DNA of 64,000 nucleotides, from NCBI GenBank assembly GCA_965215505.1, contig OZ244065.1:3456001-3520000 (forward strand). Direction: 5' to 3'. Source of the stretch: Capsulimonadaceae bacterium. Its GTDB lineage: Bacteria > Armatimonadota > Armatimonadia > Armatimonadales > Capsulimonadaceae. Below the pieces are notes generated by a model. The model saw nothing but the letters and a program-made list of their open reading frames with translations, had not been told where the DNA came from and did no database searches. Within the stretch, counting starts at the first letter, position 1. Each line of letters begins with the position of its first letter. The translations under genes were made by a program, and so were the position numbers. Shown one piece after another: positions 52,504 through 61,127 of this stretch.

Positions 52504-53418
52504 TCAGTTTGGGGTGGTGGCGGCGGCGTGGCGCGGGAGACGCGCCCGCAGGGCGTCCAGCAGGGCGGGTGGGGCGGGGCGGCCTTCGTAGACGATGCCC
52601 AGGGGGACGTGGGGCTTGGCGATCCCGTGGAAGTCCGAGCCGCCGGTCACCAGCAGGCCCAGCCCGGCGGCGAGGGCCAGGAAGCGCTCGGTGTCGGCGG
52701 GGGTGTGCTGGGAGTAGTACGCCTCGATGCCGTCCAGCCCGTCGCCTTGGGCGAGACTCGTCACCCGGCCCGCCAGGGCAGCCTCGTCCAGAGGGACCAG
52801 GCCGGGGTGGGCCATGACGGCGACGCCTCCAGCCGCATGGATGAGGGCAATGGCGTCATGCGGGGTCAGGACCTCTTTGGGCAGATAGAGCGGCTTGCCG
52901 GTGGACAGATACTTCTCGAATGCCTCGGCGACGGTCCCGACGATGCCCTTCTTGATGAGGGCGCGGGCGAAGTGGGGCCGGGCGATCACCTGGGCGTCCT
53001 CGCCGGCCTCGGCCCGGACGTCGTCCATGGTGACGGGCAGGCCGAGTTCGGACATCTTTTCGGCCATCTGCGCGTTGCGGGCGGCCCGGCTCCGGCGCAG
53101 CTCGATCAAGGTGTCGGCCAGCGCGGCGTCTTCGGGGTCGAAGCCGTAGCCCAGCAGGTGAAAGCGCCCGCCGTCATCTTCCACGGACAGCTCGACGCCC
53201 GGCAGGAGGTCCAGGCCGACTTCCCGCGCCGCCGCCCGCGCCTCGGCCAAGCCGCCCAAGGTGTCGTGGTCGGTGACGGCCAGGGCGGTCAGGCCCAGGC
53301 CGTGCGCCTTTTCCACCAGTTCGGTCGGCGAGAGGCTGCCGTCCGAGGCGGTCGTGTGGGCGTGGAGGTCGATGCCGGCGTCCGGCCCGGTGCCAAGCGT
53401 GTTTGGCGGCGTAGTCAT
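52504..53418 (-). CDS. PHP-domain phosphoesterase (YciV-like)
   Basis: DLHAHT..SDG, TDHD, RPH, AHP, GGSDFHG. Confidence 0.92.
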   Translation of the reverse strand: MTTPPNTLGTGPDAGIDLHAHTTASDGSLSPTELVEKAHGLGLTALAVTDHDTLGGLAEARAAAREVGLDLLPGVELSVEDDGGRFHLLGYGFDPEDAALADTLIELRRSRAARNAQMAEKMSELGLPVTMDDVRAEAGEDAQVIARPHFARALIKKGIVGTVAEAFEKYLSTGKPLYLPKEVLTPHDAIALIHAAGGVAVMAHPGLVPLDEAALAGRVTSLAQGDGLDGIEAYYSQHTPADTERFLALAAGLGLLVTGGSDFHGIAKPHVPLGIVYEGRPAPPALLDALRARLPRHAAATTPN

Positions 53419-53424
53419 GCCGCC

Positions 53425-53453
53425 ATTATAGCCGCTCGGGGAAATGAAGTCAA
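53425..53453 (-). promoter_or_regulatory. sigma70 promoter, leaderless
   Basis: TTGACT-17-TATAAT, 6 nt before the ATG. Confidence 0.75.
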
Positions 53454-53618
53454 GAAAGCGGGCCTACGCGGCCGGCGTGAACCCACCCCGGCGCAAGCGC
53501 CGACCCTCCCGCCCCTGCTCGCAGGGCCTCGGCAGCGGGTACAACGGGAGGGTGGGGTGGGAAGGTGGTTGGGGGGTTTGGTGAGATGATTGGGGGGTGG
53601 GGCGGTTAAGGGGTGGGT

Positions 53619-54133
53619 TCACGCCAGCCGCCCCAGCACTTCCTCCCAGCGGGCGCTATCGAAGCGCACCTGCCAGGCGAAGGGCCGGCCCTTGCGGTCG
53701 TAATAGACGGCCATCGCCGACTTCGCCACATGGCGCGGCTCGGTCGCCAGCAGTTCCCCGCAAGGCCCGCGTCCCGCACATAGGCGACCGCGTGCTTGCC
53801 GCTCATGCGCCAGGCCCGCCCGCCCTCGCCGGTGAAGTAGGCGGCAGGAGTCTCGGCCACGGCGCGGGCCGGGGCGGGTGCCTTGGCCGGGGCCTTGAGG
53901 GGCGGCTTGGGCGTCGCGGGCGGCTTGACGGCCACGGGCGGCTTGGCGGGCGGGGCCGCCTTCACGGGGGCGGGCGCTTTGACGGCGGCGGGCGCTTTGA
54001 CGGCGGCGGGGCGCTTGGCGGGCGCGGGGGCCGGCATGTCGGAAAAGAGGTCAAGGACGGCGGGCCTCTCGGCGGTCTTGATCTCGGCGGTCTTGATCTC
54101 GGCGGTCGTCTTGGCGGGCGGCGTCTTTCTCAT
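53619..54133 (-). CDS. Hypothetical Pro/Ala/Lys-rich protein with a probable frameshift near 53757
   Basis: ATGA overlap with upstream gene; one extra base gives ..GELLATEPRH..AVYYDRKGRPFAWQVRFD..LA*. Confidence 0.55.
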
Positions 54134-54612
54134 GGGCGGTGTCCTCGGAAGCGGGTTTGCCGATTCGCGTTCGGCTTCGGGTTCGTTTTGGCATTTTTCG
54201 GCGCGCGCAGCAGGGCGGGCAGGTCGGCGGCGGGGAAGGCCAGCCAGATCTGCACCCCCGCCCACTCGGGCCGCAGGGAGTAGGACGCTTCCGCCCCGGC
54301 CTCCGCCGTGACCGAATCCCCCGTGACGACGGGGCCGCCGGGGAGGGCGGCCAGCCGCGTCCGCAGATACCGGCACAGGTCGGGCGCGTCCGGCCCGACG
54401 ACGCGGAACCGGGCGGAGACGGCGCGGGCGGGCGGCGTCGCCAGGGCGGTCTTCTTCTGGGCGGCAAGCTCCGCGCGCCAGGCCCGCTCGAACAGCCGCG
54501 CCCGGTCATTGCCCCGGCCCGCCGCGAGGGGGACGTCGAAGCGCAGCTCGCAGGTGGCGTCCGGCGGCCGGGAGGCGTCTGAGGCTAGGGTCTGGTCCAG
54601 GGTGTCCGGCAT
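54130..54612 (-). CDS. Hypothetical protein
   Basis: GC3-biased ORF directly behind a consensus promoter. Confidence 0.65.
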   Translation of the reverse strand: MPDTLDQTLASDASRPPDATCELRFDVPLAAGRGNDRARLFERAWRAELAAQKKTALATPPARAVSARFRVVGPDAPDLCRYLRTRLAALPGGPVVTGDSVTAEAGAEASYSLRPEWAGVQIWLAFPAADLPALLRAPKNAKTNPKPNANRQTRFRGHRP

Positions 54613-54618
54613 GGCACC

Positions 54619-54648
54619 ATTATAGCAAACAAATGTTTGCCCTGTCAA
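54619..54648 (-). promoter_or_regulatory. Consensus sigma70 promoter with palindromic operator in the spacer
   Basis: TTGACA-18-TATAAT; GCAAACA-TT-TGTTTGC at 54625-54640. Confidence 0.75.
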
Positions 54649-54741
54649 GCGGGAGTTTCGGGGCGTTTTGGGGGGTGGCGGCGGGGGCATGAGCGAGGGC
54701 GGCGGGGGGGGGCAGGACGACGAGAGGTGAGGACGAGTGAG

Positions 54742-54907
54742 GACGAGTGAATGAATTCACTCGCTGCCGCCGGACCTGTCCAGGGGACAGAGGAAAGAGT
54801 GGACAAGAAGGCGCGAGGGGACAAGCAACGGCAGCCCACCCCTGCCTGACCCGCTTCACTGTCCCCTGGACAGGTCCGAGAGGAGCGAGTGATTTCAATC
54901 ACTCGTC
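54742..54907. repeat. Family-A REPIN-like element, copy 6 (downstream of tnpA)
   Basis: Left CGAGTGAATGAATTCACTCG, right CGAGTGATTTCAATCACTCG. Confidence 0.9.
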
Positions 54908-54947
54908 CTTACCCGCTCGTCCTTACCCGCTCGTCCTCACCCGCTGC

Positions 54948-55373
54948 TCACCTCTCGTCGTCCTCCGGCGAGGGTTCCCACTCCTTCCACAGATCGCCCG
55001 CCGCATGGTGGCTCTCCTGATTCTGGACATAGGCCCGCACGCGCGGGACGTCGGCAGGGCTGACGGTGGTTCCGTCGTAGCCCTCCTGCCACTTCAGGAA
55101 CAGCGTCACGGGGAGGAGGCCGTTCGCATAGCGGGCGGAGACGCCTTTGGCCTGTTTCACCGCCTGCGCCGGGGCGAGCGTACTCGGCATCTCCAGGAGC
55201 AGATGCACATGGTCGGGCATCCCGCCCAGGGCGAGTACGGTACACCCCATCTGGCGGCACTCGTGATGGATGCAGCCGTAAACCAGCGGCTTCCACTCCG
55301 GGACTAATACGTCTTCACGCCTCTTCGTGGCCCAAACGAAGTGTGAATAGAGTTGCGTCCTGCTTCGCGGCAT
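54948..55373 (-). CDS. tnpA: IS200/IS605-family HUH (Y1) transposase, candidate REP-associated (RAYT-like)
   Basis: HFVWATKRR, GGMPDHVHLL (HUH), KGVS, WQEGY, YVQNQESHH; RBS AAGGAGG; no tnpB. Confidence 0.92.
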   Translation of the reverse strand: MPRSRTQLYSHFVWATKRREDVLVPEWKPLVYGCIHHECRQMGCTVLALGGMPDHVHLLLEMPSTLAPAQAVKQAKGVSARYANGLLPVTLFLKWQEGYDGTTVSPADVPRVRAYVQNQESHHAAGDLWKEWEPSPEDDER

Positions 55374-55428
55374 TTGTTCCCCCTCCTTAGGAGTCAAGCC
55401 AGGTCAAGCGATGTCAGGCGGGCATCAG

Positions 55429-55551
55429 GACGAGTGAATGAATTCACTCGCTATGTGCGGACCTGTCCAGGGGACAGAAGACCCGTCCCCGACCACCTAT
55501 TCCCTTGTCCCCTGGACAAATCCTGCGTCAGCGAGTGAATTCATTCACTCG
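55429..55551. repeat. Family-A REPIN-like element, copy 7 (upstream of tnpA)
   Basis: Both ends carry the CGAGTGAATGAATTCACTCG variant. Confidence 0.9.
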
Positions 55552-55600
55552 TTCGTTCCCTTGCTCGTTCATTCCCTTGCCGGTTCATTCCCCTCCCCTC

Positions 55601-57409
55601 TCACCGCACCCGCACCGTGACCACCATTGGCGGGGCGGATGCGGGGAAGGTGAGGGTGCGCGTCACCGTCCGGCCCCGCGCGTCCGTCACGGTGACGCGG
55701 TAGTCGCCGTAGAAGACGCGGCAGGTCAGGGACCCGCGCGCGTCGGCCTTCCCCGTGTCATCTGTCCACCACTGTTTGTGGATCAGGCCCAGCAGGCGCG
55801 TGTAAGCGGGCTTGGGGGTCATGTCCTTCCGCACCAGGCCCGCCGGGGCACCCTGCCAGGCGTTCCGGTCGCTGAAGTCCCACCAGGTGATCGCGCGGAC
55901 GGACGGGTGGCTGAACAGGACGCTGTAGAACTGCGCGACATAGTCGGCCTGCTTCGCCTCGCCTGCGGGCGTCGTGTCCCAGCCGGTCAGGGTGGCGTTG
56001 GTCGGGTTGTCCCGGCGCGGGCCGCTGAGGACGGTGGTTTCGGTGAAGTGGAGGGGGCGGCCGAACTGGGCGAAGGTCTGGCAGACGGCCCAGACCTTGG
56101 TGAGCGGCCACTCGCCGGTGTGCATGTGCGACTGGAGGCCGACGACGTCGGGCAGCTTGCCGTCCTTCTGGAGCTTGGTGAGCAGGGCGACGTTGCTCTC
56201 GCCGGTGTCGTAGTCGTTGTAGAGGAACGTCTCCGGCAGGCCCCGCCCCGCGTCGCGCGCCCAGCCCAGGGCGGTTTCGACGACGGGGGCGGGTCCGTCG
56301 CGCTTGATCCAGTTGGCCTCGCCGTTCGGGGGCGTGTGGCCCGCCGCGCCGTTGGCCTCATTCAGCACGTCCCAGACGTGGATGGTGTCTTTGTACCGGG
56401 GGACCAGGTCAAGAACGCGGGCGTGGAGCAGGGGGATGGCGGCCTCCGGGTCGGTCGGTGCCCAGCCGGGCCAGACCTCGTGCCAGACCAGCGGGTGGCC
56501 CTTGACGACGACGCCATGGGCGACGCTCCACGTTGCCAGCGTTTGCAGGCGGGCGTAGTCGGGTTTGCCCTGGGCGCTTTCAAACGCGCCCCAGTAGAAG
56601 GGCAGGGTGGCGTAGTTGAGCAGGCCGGTGAACTCGGCCTGGTACGCGCGCTGGGCCGGCGAGGCATCGGCGGGGTCCAGGCCGAAGAAGTTGCAGCCGA
56701 ACAGGAAGGCGTGGCGCGTCTGGGCCAGATGGATGGATACGCCCGGCACGGGTTTCCCCTGGGCGTCCACGACCCGGACGGTCAGTGTCCCCTTGCGGTA
56801 CTTCTCGATGCGCGCCTTGATGGCGGCGGGCTGGAGGGCGGCCTGGGCGGCGGCGATGGCGGGGTCCAGGCCCTCGTCGGTGACACTGATCTGCATCAGG
56901 TCCACGGTCCCCGCCGACTGGCCCATCTGGAGGTGGGCGTTCAGGCCGTAGCCGGGGGCGACGCCGCTGATGGAATAGGTCTGCCACTGCGGGGTCAGGG
57001 TGAAGGTCTGCACGGCGGCCGGGTCATAGGGGGGGCCGTTGCGCTCGACGGTGGCGCGCAGCGGGTTGCGGGTGGCCGAGCGCGCCCAGAAGGTCAGGCG
57101 GACGCGGTGGCCTTCGGGGATGACGGCGGGGATGTCTCGGGTGATCTGGACGAGGTAGAACGGGTCGGACGGCGTCTTGACGGTGACGCGCAGCAGGGGC
57201 GGGTCGCCGTCGGTGAGCGGGACGGTCGAGAGCGCGGCGTCGCCGGGGCGGGGGGCGCTGAGGGACCATTCGCCCGGCGCGAGCAGGTCCCCCGAAGCGG
57301 GCGGGGCGGCGGGCGCGGCGTAGGCGGGGAGTGTGCGGGAGAAGAACGGGAGGAGCAGGAGGAGAAGGCTGAGAAGGCGGTGGGCGGGCAGGCGGGACGG
57401 CGGTGTCAT
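55601..57409 (-). CDS. GH10 endo-1,4-beta-xylanase with N-terminal CBM4/9-like domain
   Basis: KGHPLVW, WDVLNE, YNDY, GLQSH, HFTE, TWWD. Confidence 0.9.
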   Translation of the reverse strand: MTPPSRLPAHRLLSLLLLLLPFFSRTLPAYAAPAAPPASGDLLAPGEWSLSAPRPGDAALSTVPLTDGDPPLLRVTVKTPSDPFYLVQITRDIPAVIPEGHRVRLTFWARSATRNPLRATVERNGPPYDPAAVQTFTLTPQWQTYSISGVAPGYGLNAHLQMGQSAGTVDLMQISVTDEGLDPAIAAAQAALQPAAIKARIEKYRKGTLTVRVVDAQGKPVPGVSIHLAQTRHAFLFGCNFFGLDPADASPAQRAYQAEFTGLLNYATLPFYWGAFESAQGKPDYARLQTLATWSVAHGVVVKGHPLVWHEVWPGWAPTDPEAAIPLLHARVLDLVPRYKDTIHVWDVLNEANGAAGHTPPNGEANWIKRDGPAPVVETALGWARDAGRGLPETFLYNDYDTGESNVALLTKLQKDGKLPDVVGLQSHMHTGEWPLTKVWAVCQTFAQFGRPLHFTETTVLSGPRRDNPTNATLTGWDTTPAGEAKQADYVAQFYSVLFSHPSVRAITWWDFSDRNAWQGAPAGLVRKDMTPKPAYTRLLGLIHKQWWTDDTGKADARGSLTCRVFYGDYRVTVTDARGRTVTRTLTFPASAPPMVVTVRVR

Positions 57410-57498
57410 GGGAAAGTCTCCGGGGGAATGAGATTCGCGTGAAGGGCGGCATGACGCGGTCATGTCGCCTGATGCTCGGTGCGGCGGCTGCATCGGAG

Positions 57499-57670
57499 CG
57501 CCACGGGTTGAAACCCGAGGCTGACAAAAGCCCACTGTCGAAGCGACGTTAAGACAAAGACGCAGAGCGGAGACGCAGGGCAGAACGGAGCGACTGCACC
57601 CGACTGGCTGCCCGGAGGGCAGACCTGGAAGGCGGCGGGCTTTTTGCGCCTCGGGTTTCAGCCCGTGGTG
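57499..57670. repeat. Family-E inverted-repeat element
   Basis: CCACGGGTTGAAACCCGAGG..AAAAGCCC / GGGCTTTT..CCTCGGGTTTCAGCCCGTGG. Confidence 0.75.
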
Positions 57671-57857
57671 TTCTGAGGCGATGGGTCTTCTTCCGCCTCC
57701 ATCCGCTGCCGGTACTTCTCTACGCCCGCCATGACCGCGTCCAGAAAGGCAAGATCATTGCGGAAACTGCCCATGACCGAGGCGAGCGGGTGCGGCTCGG
57801 TAGAGGGGGCCGCCCGACATCATTCTCCGTGTCCTTGTCGCCGGTTTGTGCTGCCAT
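57658..57857 (-). CDS. Small hypothetical protein, probably frameshifted
   Basis: RBS GGAG + MAAQTGDKD.. joins ..EPHPLASVMGSFRNDLAFLDAVMAGVEKYRQR with one added base. Confidence 0.4.
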
Positions 57858-57903
57858 GCTGTCTCCACAAGGCGTTGCCCCGTGCGTCCCGGCGCGGGCG
57901 TGT

Positions 57904-58242
57904 CCCGGCCCTGAAGGGCCGGTCTAAGGTTTCATTGGGGTATTCCCGGTTTCGCCGGTGGGCCGCCCCTTCGGGGCTTCGGATGTTGCTGCCGGACAAT
58001 GCTGGCCGGGCTTCGTAGGGGCGGGGTCCCCCCGCCCTCTTTGTCCTTCGCCTTTTTTGTCCTGTCGCGCCCTCGACGGGGGGCGGACAAGGAGAGGAAG
58101 GGGAAGAAGGAGGGCGGGGGGACACCGCCCCTACGCGGTCCGAATGATCCGAATGATGCCATCCGAAGCCCCGAAGCGGGCGGCCCACCGGTGGAGCCGG
58201 GAATACCCCAATGAAACCTTAGACCGGCCCTTCAGGGCCGGG
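57904..58242. repeat. Family-B element (two ~80-bp arms) enclosing a GTAG REP doublet
   Basis: Arms 57904-57983 and 58162-58242; GTAGGGGCGGGG.. at 58015 and ..GCCCCTAC ending 58134. Confidence 0.9.
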
Positions 58243-58327
58243 TCTGATCCGGCCGGTGGCTTAACGCCGGGTCGCATTGCCGCTACTATACCACATCCCG
58301 CCCGCTTTACGTCCGGAACAAGACGCG

Positions 58328-58357
58328 GAAAGGGCCTGCCGCGCGGCAGGCCCTTTC
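58328..58357 (-). terminator. Intrinsic terminator
   Basis: GAAAGGGCCTGCC-GCGC-GGCAGGCCCTTTC downstream of the 58387-58980 gene. Confidence 0.65.
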
Positions 58358-58386
58358 GTGTCGTCGTCCTTCGGCATCGGGCGGCG

Positions 58387-58980
58387 TCAGCGGCGGTCGG
58401 CGTGGTCCTGGCTGTCGCGGCGCTGGTCGCGGCGCTGGTCCGGGCGGCTGTTCCAGTCGTGGCGCTGGCCGTCGCCGTTCCGGTCGTCGCGGCGGGCGTC
58501 GCCGTTCCAGCCGCCCTGGCCCCGGTCGCGGTTGTCCTGGGGGCGGTTTTCATAAGACCTGTCGCCGCCGCGCCACTGGCCGCCGTCGCTGCTGTAGCTG
58601 CCGCCACCGTTGTAGTAGCCGGCCCCATTGCCGTTGTCGTAGGTCCGGTGGTAACGCTGGCCGCCGTTGCGGCCGTCGTAGTTGCGGCCGTCGTAGTTGC
58701 CGCCGCCATAGTAGCCGCCGTTGTAGTAGCCGTTGTCCGACGACTGCCGCTGGCGGACGTTCTCGTACTGGCTGCCGGCGATGACCGCGCCCGCCGCGCC
58801 CAGGACGGTGGCGGTGTTGTTGTGGGTGAGCAGGCCGTAGCCCGCCACGGCGGCCCCGGCGATGGCGAGGTTCCGCAGGTTGTTCTTGTCGCCCTGCTGG
58901 TCGGCCAGGACGGGCGCGGAGACGGTGGCGGCCAGGGTCGCGAGCAGTCCCAGAGTGGTATATTTGGTGGTGCGTGTCAT
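58387..58980 (-). CDS. Secreted glycine-zipper-like protein with G/Y/N/D/R-rich tail
   Basis: Signal peptide; LAIAGAAVAGYGLL..TVLGAAGA; low-complexity tail. Confidence 0.75.
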   Translation of the reverse strand: MTRTTKYTTLGLLATLAATVSAPVLADQQGDKNNLRNLAIAGAAVAGYGLLTHNNTATVLGAAGAVIAGSQYENVRQRQSSDNGYYNGGYYGGGNYDGRNYDGRNGGQRYHRTYDNGNGAGYYNGGGSYSSDGGQWRGGDRSYENRPQDNRDRGQGGWNGDARRDDRNGDGQRHDWNSRPDQRRDQRRDSQDHADRR

Positions 58981-59088
58981 TTCAGTAGGCCCTTCTTATG
59001 TGTCTCCCGCCGCGAACCGGGGGGAAGTCGGTGTTATCTGCAAGACGGCAGGCCGATTAGGATTGTTCCCGGCCTCCGTTGCCGGCCT

Positions 59089-60015
59089 CTAGGGATACCG
59101 GGCCAGCAGCCGCCGCGCCTGCGCCGCCGTGGCCGCATCGCCATGCGCGCTGACCTCCGACCATTCGCGCCGCGCATCCGCCTTCTGGCCGTCGGCGTAG
59201 AGGGCGATGCCCAGGTGCAGGCGCGCGGCGGCATCATTCGGGTCACGGGCGAGGACGGCGCGGAAGGCGGCGACCGCTTCGCGCAGGCGGCCCGCGCGGG
59301 CCAGGGCGAGGGCTGTCGCCGTAGGGGCGCCGCTTGCCGCGCCCTCCCCCCTTGCCGCGCCCTCCGTATTCCCCGGCGCGGCGGGAGGGGAGGGCGCAGG
59401 GGGAACAGGGGCATGGCGGGACAAAGAGGGCGCGGCAAGCGGCGCCCCTACGGCAGGGACGGGCAGGGCGCGGAGGGCCTGGGCGGCTTCGGCGAAGTCC
59501 GGCTTCAGGCGCAGGGCCTCGCGGTACTGGGCGGCGGCCTCGCGTCGGCGGCCGGCGTCGGCCAGGGCACCGGCGAGGTTGAAATGCAGGCGCGGGTCGG
59601 CGGGGTCGAGCGCGAGGGCCAGCCGGTACTCGGCGAGGGCGGAGGCGCTCTCGCCCCGGTCTTCCAGCAGGCCCGCCAGGGCGTTGTGCGCGGGGGCGTC
59701 GTTTGGGCGCAGGGCGACCGTCCTCCGGTACTCGGCCAGTGCTTCGCCCATCTGCCCCGCCGCCTCCAGGACGCCGGCCAGGGCGGAGTGCGCGGCGGCG
59801 TCGGCGGGGCGGAGGCGGACGGCGGCCCGGTACTCGCGGGCGGCGACGAGCGGCAGGCCCGCGCGCAGGGCGGTCTGCCCGGCCTGGAGGTGGGCGAGGA
59901 AGGGGTCGGGCGGGGCCTTCGCCTCGGACGCGCTCTGCGCCAACACGGGGGCGGCGAGCAGCAGGAGCAGGGCAGGAGAGAACAGGCGCAGGAAGAGCGG
60001 GGCGGGGCGTGTCAT
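59089..60015 (-). CDS. Secreted TPR protein with a REP-derived linker
   Basis: AHSALA, AHNALA, LHFNLA, ARLHLG TPR units. Confidence 0.85.
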   Translation of the reverse strand: MTRPAPLFLRLFSPALLLLLAAPVLAQSASEAKAPPDPFLAHLQAGQTALRAGLPLVAAREYRAAVRLRPADAAAHSALAGVLEAAGQMGEALAEYRRTVALRPNDAPAHNALAGLLEDRGESASALAEYRLALALDPADPRLHFNLAGALADAGRRREAAAQYREALRLKPDFAEAAQALRALPVPAVGAPLAAPSLSRHAPVPPAPSPPAAPGNTEGAARGEGAASGAPTATALALARAGRLREAVAAFRAVLARDPNDAAARLHLGIALYADGQKADARREWSEVSAHGDAATAAQARRLLARYP

Positions 60016-60050
60016 GGGGTCATCATACCCCGGCGGGGCGCTGGAGAGGC

Positions 60051-60308
60051 ACCGGCCATGAATGGCCGGCCTACTCTTGCATCTAAGTCGCTCCGCGACT
60101 GAAGACAGGGCGGACAGGAAGGGCGAACACAGGAAGGGCGAACACAGGAAGGGCGAACACAGGAAGGGCGAACACAGGAAGGGCGAACACAGGAAGGGCG
60201 AACACAGGAAGGGCGAACACAAGGTTCGCCCCTACGACCTGTGCGTCTGCAATCTCCAACCCCGGAGGGGTTTCCACTCGAGGAGTAGACCGGCCATTCA
60301 TGGCCGGT
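60051..60308. repeat. Family-D element enclosing an amplified GTAG REP half-arm array
   Basis: ACCGGCCATGAATGGCCGGCCTAC / GTAGACCGGCCATTCATGGCCGGT; GGGCGAACACAGGAA x6 at 60121-60210. Confidence 0.88.
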
Positions 60309-60353
60309 GCCCCGGATGCAGGAATCGCGCCCGTGCGCGTCGAAACAGGGGGC

Positions 60354-61055
60354 ATGAACACGAAGGCAATCTACACACTTTTCGCGCTCCTCACGCCGTC
60401 ACTGCTGACGGCCCCGGCCCTGTGCGCCCCGGCCAAGCCGCCCGCCGCGCCGAAAGTCACGGCCCCCAAAGTCACGGCCCCGCGCGTCGTGCCCTCGCCG
60501 AGCGGGGCGGTCCCCGGCCCGTGGCGGGAGGGGGACATCGGCAAGGTGGGGGTGCGCGGCGCGGCCCGCGAGGCGGCGGGGACGTGGACGGTCGCGGGGT
60601 CCGGCGAGGACATTTTCGGGGCCGCCGACTCGTTCCACTTCGTCTGGCGGCCCTGGCACGGCGACGGCCGGATCACGGCCCGCGTGGTCCGCTACCAGCG
60701 CCGGGACATGTGGACCAAGGTCGGGGTCATGGCGCGCGCCACGGCCGCGGCGGGGTCGAAGTTCGCCGACGTTCTGGTGACGCCGGACAAGGGGGCGGAG
60801 ATGCAGTGGCGGACCGAGGCGGGGGGCGAGACGCAGACCACCGACCAGGTGCCTTCGCCGGCCCCGTTCTGGGTGCGCCTGGTGCGGAAGGGCGACACCC
60901 TGACGGGCTACGCCTCCCAGGACGGCCGCCACTGGCAGCCACGCGGCAAGGCGACGGTGGCGCTCGGGGAGGACATCCTGCTGGGCCTGTGCGTGACCAG
61001 CCACCGCAACGACGCGGCGACCGAGGCCGTGGTGGACTCGGTGGAGGTGGAGTAG
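60354..61055 (+). CDS. Secreted ConA-like beta-sandwich protein (DUF1349-like)
   Basis: GSGEDIFG..DSFHFV, WTKVGVMAR, WVRLVRKG, GLCVTSH. Confidence 0.7.
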   Translation: MNTKAIYTLFALLTPSLLTAPALCAPAKPPAAPKVTAPKVTAPRVVPSPSGAVPGPWREGDIGKVGVRGAAREAAGTWTVAGSGEDIFGAADSFHFVWRPWHGDGRITARVVRYQRRDMWTKVGVMARATAAAGSKFADVLVTPDKGAEMQWRTEAGGETQTTDQVPSPAPFWVRLVRKGDTLTGYASQDGRHWQPRGKATVALGEDILLGLCVTSHRNDAATEAVVDSVEVE

Positions 61056-61127
61056 TCCTCTCCCCTCTGATCCTCTGCCGTTCTGATCCTCTCCCGCCGC
61101 GCTCGCGCGGCGGGAGAGGACTTCAGA

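Noticed and set aside
53619-54612. TnpB/IscB or IS cargo next to tnpA
   Set aside because: No RuvC or zinc-finger motifs; the genes have their own promoter outside the repeat bracket
60121-60210. Possible CRISPR array (also 26738-26827 and 49174-49236)
   Set aside because: Contiguous 15-16 bp units with no spacers; no cas genes in the window
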